Assembly: GCA_022709565.1 (NCBI GenBank)
Contig: JAKLIO010000001.1
Span: 73,927-137,926, forward strand
Length of the DNA: 64,000 nucleotides
Direction of reading: 5' to 3'
From: Patescibacteria group bacterium
GTDB taxonomy: Bacteria; Patescibacteriota; Minisyncoccia; Moranbacterales; GWC2-37-73
A program made the position numbers and the translations under genes. Below are positions 59,760 through 64,000 of the stretch, one piece after another (the first letter of the stretch is position 1; each line of letters begins with the position of its first letter). A model generated the notes under the pieces. It did not search any database. It saw only the letters and a list, made by a program, of their open reading frames with translations, and was not told where the DNA came from.

Positions 59760-59948
59760 TTAAAACAGACCAAAGGTCTGTTTTAACCCCTTAAACCCCT
59801 CATTAATCGCCCAGCCACAAGCAATGAGCGAAGAAAATCCGGCCAATCCAAACAAAAAGACAAGAGGCCATTTAAAGAACGATTTCCTTATTTTTGCCAC
59901 CATATTTGCCGCCCCTTTTTCCATTTCTCCTACTTCTAACATAACCAT
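59760..59948 (-). CDS. Small hydrophobic hypothetical protein (62 aa)
   Basis: One transmembrane-like helix (WPLVFLFGLAGFSSLIACGWAI). The stop codon abuts a palindrome. Low confidence. Confidence 0.3.
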   Translation of the reverse strand: MVMLEVGEMEKGAANMVAKIRKSFFKWPLVFLFGLAGFSSLIACGWAINEGFKGLKQTFGLF

Positions 59949-60010
59949 CCCTCCTTTTTCTTTTTTATGATTTGATTTGTTTTTATTTATAAAAAAGAAC
60001 TGTTATTTCT

Positions 60011-60031
60011 CCCGCCCAAAGCGGAAAGGGG
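60011..60031 (-). other. Duplicate of the 3' terminal about 20 nt of tRNA-Ser (att-like direct repeat), 217 bp from the intact gene
   Basis: gcggaaagggggagattcg at 60012-60030 is identical to 60229-60247 (the tRNA-Ser T-stem and acceptor 3' strand). The intervening 200 bp are GC-rich with three tandem palindromes. Confidence 0.5.
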
Positions 60032-60228
60032 GAGATTCGGCTTCGACTAAGTTTTTGCCGTCGCAAAAACTTGTCTAGCCACCGCCTCGCGGTTTTGTCT
60101 ACTGACAAAACATCGCTCCGGCGTTCTCATCCCCACGCGACGCAAGCAGTTGCGTCGCTCTTTTCCTAATTTCATTTTGTTTTGTTAAGAACTAACTGTG
60201 TCATTCAAACATCTGCTCCTGCTCAGGG

Positions 60229-60315
60229 CGGAAAGGGGGAGATTCGAACTCCCGATACCGTTTCCAGTATGCCACCTTTCCAAGGTGGTGCACTCGACCA
60301 CTATGCGACCTTTCC
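60229..60315 (-). tRNA. tRNA-Ser (anticodon GGA), type II
   Basis: GGAAAGG...CCTTTCC acceptor stem, U8, anticodon arm CCACC-UUGGAAA-GGUGG, variable hairpin ATACtggaaacgGTAT, T-arm GGGAG-TTCGAAT-CTCCC, and G73. Confidence 0.8.
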
Positions 60316-60368
60316 GCCTTGAGCAGGATATTTTGGAACTTATGCTTAAGTCCTAGTTGTTCCTAATA

Positions 60369-61832
60369 CTAAATTTTCTTTGTTTTTGCCGAATGCGTTT
60401 TCTCTTCCGCGCCTTCTTTTCCAAGTACTATAGCCACCAAATCGCCGGCAATTAATTGCCCTGCAGCTTTCTGATTTTCTATCATTTCATTGGCCACTTT
60501 TGCCAGTTCTTTTTCCTGAAAAAAGAACCCTTCCGCTCCCCAGATTAAGGACATTTGATTATACGTCTTTTCTTTATTTGTTGCAACCAGCAAGGGTTTC
60601 TCCATGCGAAAATGAGAAACCAGCCGCGCTGTAAATCCGGAAGCGCTGGCTACCGCAATAGCTTTGACATTTTTGTCTTTGGCCAGTTCGTAGGCGCTCT
60701 TAACAAAATTTTTGAAATCTTCATCATCTTTTAATTTGAGCAAATGGGTTACGTTATCATAAGGCGAGCTTTCTGTGTTCTCAATAATATCTTTCATAAT
60801 GCGCACACTTTCAACCGGATATTTTCCATTAGCCGCTTCACCGCTAAGCATGACGGCATCGACATGATCGATAACTGCGTTGGTCACATCACTGACCTCG
60901 GCGCGTGTCGGACGCGGATTTTTAATCATCGAATCTAGCATTTGCGTTGCCATGATTACTGGCTTCATTTTTTGGAGACTTTTTTCCACGATTTCTTTTT
61001 GAAAAACTCCCACCTTGCTTTCATCCATTTCAATTCCCAGATCTCCGCGCGCCACCATAACCACATCAGTGTGCTCAACAATATCATCCAGATTTTTGAT
61101 CGCTTCTTTGCGTTCGATTTTCGCCACAATTTGGGGCAAATCATTCTCGCGCTTTAGAATTTTCTTAATTTTGTCTCGTAGATTTTCAATATTCTCGCCA
61201 CTGGACACAAACGACATGGCCACAAAATCAACTTCATTTTGGAGGGAAAATTCCAAATCTTTTTCATCCTTTTCTGTAATCGGATCAATACTAAGTTTTG
61301 CATCCGGAATATTAATGCCTTTGTGATTTTTAATTGTTCCGCCGTCAATAACTTCGGCTAACAATACGCCGTCATTTTTTTCCCTGACTACAACCTTCAT
61401 TAATCCATCTTCGATCAAGATTTCATTGCCAACTTCAATGTCATCAACAATTTTATTTACATCCAGACTAAATTTTTTATCATTTGAAATTTGATCATTG
61501 GAAATTGTTTGGAAATTGGAAATTGGAAATTGGAAATTGGGGGCATAAAATATATCACTGACCAACACAAAATCGCCGGACTTAATTTCCACCTCTGACT
61601 GCACTAAAGTTCGTATCCTAGGTCCTTGCAAGTCCGCCATAATACCAATCGGCTTTTTCATTTCAGCGGAAAGTTCGCGGATGATTTTAATCACGTTGCC
61701 ATGCCATTCATAAGAGCCATGGGAAAAATTAAGCCGAGCCACGTTCATGCCCGCCTCAATCATTTCGCGGATAACCTCCCTGCTGTCCGAAACCAATCCT
61801 AGTGTTGCTACAATTTTTGTATGTTTCGCCAT
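60369..61832 (-). CDS. pyk: Pyruvate kinase with a low-complexity in-frame insertion
   Basis: MAKHTKIVATLGLVS...NVARLNFSHGS...IMADLQGPRIRT, and MVARGDLGIE. The tandem-repeat-encoded insert FQFPISNFQTISNDQISNDKKFS is at about 61478-61543. Confidence 0.9.
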   Translation of the reverse strand: MAKHTKIVATLGLVSDSREVIREMIEAGMNVARLNFSHGSYEWHGNVIKIIRELSAEMKKPIGIMADLQGPRIRTLVQSEVEIKSGDFVLVSDIFYAPNFQFPISNFQTISNDQISNDKKFSLDVNKIVDDIEVGNEILIEDGLMKVVVREKNDGVLLAEVIDGGTIKNHKGINIPDAKLSIDPITEKDEKDLEFSLQNEVDFVAMSFVSSGENIENLRDKIKKILKRENDLPQIVAKIERKEAIKNLDDIVEHTDVVMVARGDLGIEMDESKVGVFQKEIVEKSLQKMKPVIMATQMLDSMIKNPRPTRAEVSDVTNAVIDHVDAVMLSGEAANGKYPVESVRIMKDIIENTESSPYDNVTHLLKLKDDEDFKNFVKSAYELAKDKNVKAIAVASASGFTARLVSHFRMEKPLLVATNKEKTYNQMSLIWGAEGFFFQEKELAKVANEMIENQKAAGQLIAGDLVAIVLGKEGAEEKTHSAKTKKI

Positions 61833-61936
61833 AATTTTATGTTATTTATGAATTATAAAATAAAGATAACCTTATTCCCATATTATAACAAAACAAGCAA
61901 CCCGCAAAGGCTGCTTGTTGTTTAAAAACAAGACAC

Positions 61937-62464
61937 TTAGTTCTTATACAAATCCTTTACTTGGAATAAAATGTACCAGCCAATGATTGCTCCAATAATA
62001 CCGCTTACTATTCCATTAATAGAAATAATGCTGCTAATCAGACTAACTATTGTTGCATAAAAAACTAATCTCCAAGCACCCTTTGTGCGCTTGAATAATC
62101 CCGGCAATGCGATAACATACATAACAATCACGATAATAGAAACGACTAGTGAAATGATTGCCCCAAATCCCCATCCATGTCCATACATGTAACCGTATCC
62201 GCCCATCATTGCAAATGGAGTTAAAAAAGCAGAAAGACCAAGCAATGTAAAAATAGTAGATAACGCCAAGAGAGCCATAATTATAACTAGGTAGGGCGAC
62301 ACTTTGACAATAAATTCTTTGGCTCCAGTCGGCAATGCAAATGGAGCTTTTTTTACCATGTACTCATAAAGAAAAGCTTCAAGCTGAGATAAGGCGCCCT
62401 TTGTGTCTTTTTGCTCAACTTTCGGCTCTTCTTGCGGACCTTGTTGATTAATGTTTTCTTCCAT
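61937..62464 (-). CDS. Hypothetical integral membrane protein (4 transmembrane helices)
   Basis: Hydrophobic helices, with MGGYGYMYGHGWGFG in a loop. Confidence 0.5.
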   Translation of the reverse strand: MEENINQQGPQEEPKVEQKDTKGALSQLEAFLYEYMVKKAPFALPTGAKEFIVKVSPYLVIIMALLALSTIFTLLGLSAFLTPFAMMGGYGYMYGHGWGFGAIISLVVSIIVIVMYVIALPGLFKRTKGAWRLVFYATIVSLISSIISINGIVSGIIGAIIGWYILFQVKDLYKN

Positions 62465-62620
62465 AGATTTAATATTCTTTGATCTGGTTGCAAAATTTAT
62501 TGCAGGCCAAAATCAATTTAAGTAATTTAATTTTTTATTCATTAGCTTTATATACTACAACTAAAATACACATATATTATATCACATAATTCAATATTCA
62601 GCCACAGCACCAGATAATGC

Positions 62621-63130
62621 CTATTTTAAGCCAATTTCCTCAATTTCCCTTAATATTTCTGTTGGAATTGGATTATTTTTCGGGCTGACTCCTGGATACC
62701 GCCAAGCCGAAATTATTGTTATTTTTTTATTTAAATTTATTTTATCTTGCAGATCTTTTAATTTTAAATTTTGCGTGGTTACTTTGTTTTTTGATTTTTG
62801 ATTTTTTGTTTGATACATCACCCAAATTTCCTGCGACCATTTTTCTTGCTCGCCGTCATCATTAAAAGAACGATTCCACATTGAAGGTTTTTTGTTTTTC
62901 TTAATATTCCCAACAGGAATCATAACCGCCACGGTGTTTTCCGCAATGCCGGTTTCAATTCTTTGCGGACGGCGAATCACGCCCAAGACTTTCTGCTCGG
63001 AAAGACCGTAATAATGCATCTTTTCAGCTACATGCGCCGTCCAATAATATTTACTCGTGTTTTTTGGATTTTTCCAATTCACCCTGTTAAATAATTTTGC
63101 CCTGCAAAATTCCTGCGAAGCAGGATTCAA
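62621..63130 (-). CDS. Hypothetical protein
   Basis: 169 aa, basic, no motif. An inverted-repeat terminator lies upstream at about 63095-63140. Confidence 0.45.
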   Translation of the reverse strand: MNPASQEFCRAKLFNRVNWKNPKNTSKYYWTAHVAEKMHYYGLSEQKVLGVIRRPQRIETGIAENTVAVMIPVGNIKKNKKPSMWNRSFNDDGEQEKWSQEIWVMYQTKNQKSKNKVTTQNLKLKDLQDKINLNKKITIISAWRYPGVSPKNNPIPTEILREIEEIGLK

Positions 63131-63144
63131 CAGGGTAAATAAAG

Positions 63145-64000
63145 TTAAATAGACATTCCCCTGAGAGCTTTCACTCTATCTTCCATCGGTGGGTGGGTCA
63201 TAAACAATTTAGAAACTTTTTTTCCCTTGAAAGGATTAGCGATATAAAGATGCGCCGTGGCGCGGTTGGCTGCTTCGAGCGGTTCTTGGTCAGCTGAAAT
63301 TTTTTCAAGCGCCCTGGCTAAGGCCTCCGGATGACGAGTCAGAAGCGCTCCGTCGGCATCCGCCAAAAACTCTCGCTTGCGGGAAATTGCCAGTTGCATC
63401 AGCAAGGCTGCGATCGGCGCTAAAATTGAAAGAACAATCGCCACAATCATTAAGATAATTCCCAATTGCCCCCTGTCTCTGTCATCGCTTTTGCCTCCCC
63501 AAAAAGCCCAGTGCCGAAACCAATCTGTCAAGAGTGTCACAAAACCCACCAAAACAACGACAACTGTGGAAAGCAAAATATCGCGATTGCCAATATGTGA
63601 AAGCTCATGAGCAATCACGCCTTCCAACTCCGCTTTTTCCAGTTTTTGAATAATACCGGTAGTGAGACAAATGACTCCGTGCTTAGCATCGCGACCGGTC
63701 GCAAAAGCATTAGGCGCGCTGTCTTCAATGATATATATTTTCGGCATTGGCAGTCCGGCGGTGATGCAGAGATTTTCGACAATATGATAAATTTCCCGTC
63801 CTTGATCATGCGTAATTTCCTTGGCTTTGCTCATCGCCAAAACAATCTTGTCGCTCCACCAATAAGAACCAAAACTCATGATAATAGAAAAAATCACACA
63901 GCCATAAAGAATCGCGCTGTTTTGCATCGCGCCGGCAAAGACATAGCCGACCCCGATTACAAAAACCAAAAAGCCGGTGATGTACACCCAGGTTAAGCGG
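63145..64000 (-). CDS. htpX: Zinc metalloprotease HtpX (M48). The N-terminus probably lies beyond the window end.
   Basis: HELSHIGNRD (HExxH), the downstream E...FLADA, and transmembrane helices. The frame is still open at base 64000. Confidence 0.85.
   Translation of the reverse strand, partial: RLTWVYITGFLVFVIGVGYVFAGAMQNSAILYGCVIFSIIMSFGSYWWSDKIVLAMSKAKEITHDQGREIYHIVENLCITAGLPMPKIYIIEDSAPNAFATGRDAKHGVICLTTGIIQKLEKAELEGVIAHELSHIGNRDILLSTVVVVLVGFVTLLTDWFRHWAFWGGKSDDRDRGQLGIILMIVAIVLSILAPIAALLMQLAISRKREFLADADGALLTRHPEALARALEKISADQEPLEAANRATAHLYIANPFKGKKVSKLFMTHPPMEDRVKALRGMSI

Noticed and set aside
60031-60228. A prophage or integrative element bounded by the tRNA-Ser 3' end repeats.
   Set aside because: The enclosed segment is only about 200 bp, with no integrase or any ORF. 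At most it is a remnant. It is reported as a finding and not as a mobile-element feature.

Overview
This 64 kb window is AT-rich, gene-dense bacterial chromosome with most genes on the minus strand. The gene set is almost entirely housekeeping, with many small membrane-anchored hypothetical proteins and few recognisable metabolic enzymes, a pattern I associate by inference with a reduced-genome bacterium of the CPR/Patescibacteria type. In order, the recognisable content is: typA/bipA (5' part; the gene runs off the window start), engB, a large acidic hypothetical with a coupled micro-ORF, an RRM RNA-binding protein, bL25, RNase HII, an L,D-transpeptidase, dnaE (+), a short Rel/SpoT homologue (+), parB-parA, tRNA-Leu(CAA), a complete F1Fo ATP synthase operon (atpI-like, atpB, E, F, H, A, G, D, C) followed by a minimal beta-carbonic-anhydrase-like gene, tatD, metG, an MltB-like lytic transglycosylase, obg (+), a patatin-like phospholipase, dus, rarA, a MacAB-like ABC efflux trio, an alternative sigma-70 factor (+), a Hef/FANCM-like SF2 helicase (+), two secreted proteins sharing an upstream palindromic repeat, a tRNA-Asn split by a group I intron that carries an HNH homing endonuclease, rpoD-dnaG, tRNA-Ser(GGA), pyruvate kinase and htpX (runs off the window end). 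The items most worth a second look are non-coding: the intron-containing tRNA; a GC-rich palindromic element present in frame inside tatD and again downstream of rpoD; a family of short tandem repeats (TTTGTCATT / AATTGGAAATT) that sit between ATP synthase genes and also as in-frame insertions in rnhB, metG and pyk; partial tRNA duplications next to both intact type II tRNAs; a roughly 450 nt GC-enriched structured region that may be RNase P RNA; and a 42 nt TCACGTGA-palindrome repeat upstream of two adjacent secreted-protein genes. I found no CRISPR array, rRNA, integrase, transposase or prophage genes.
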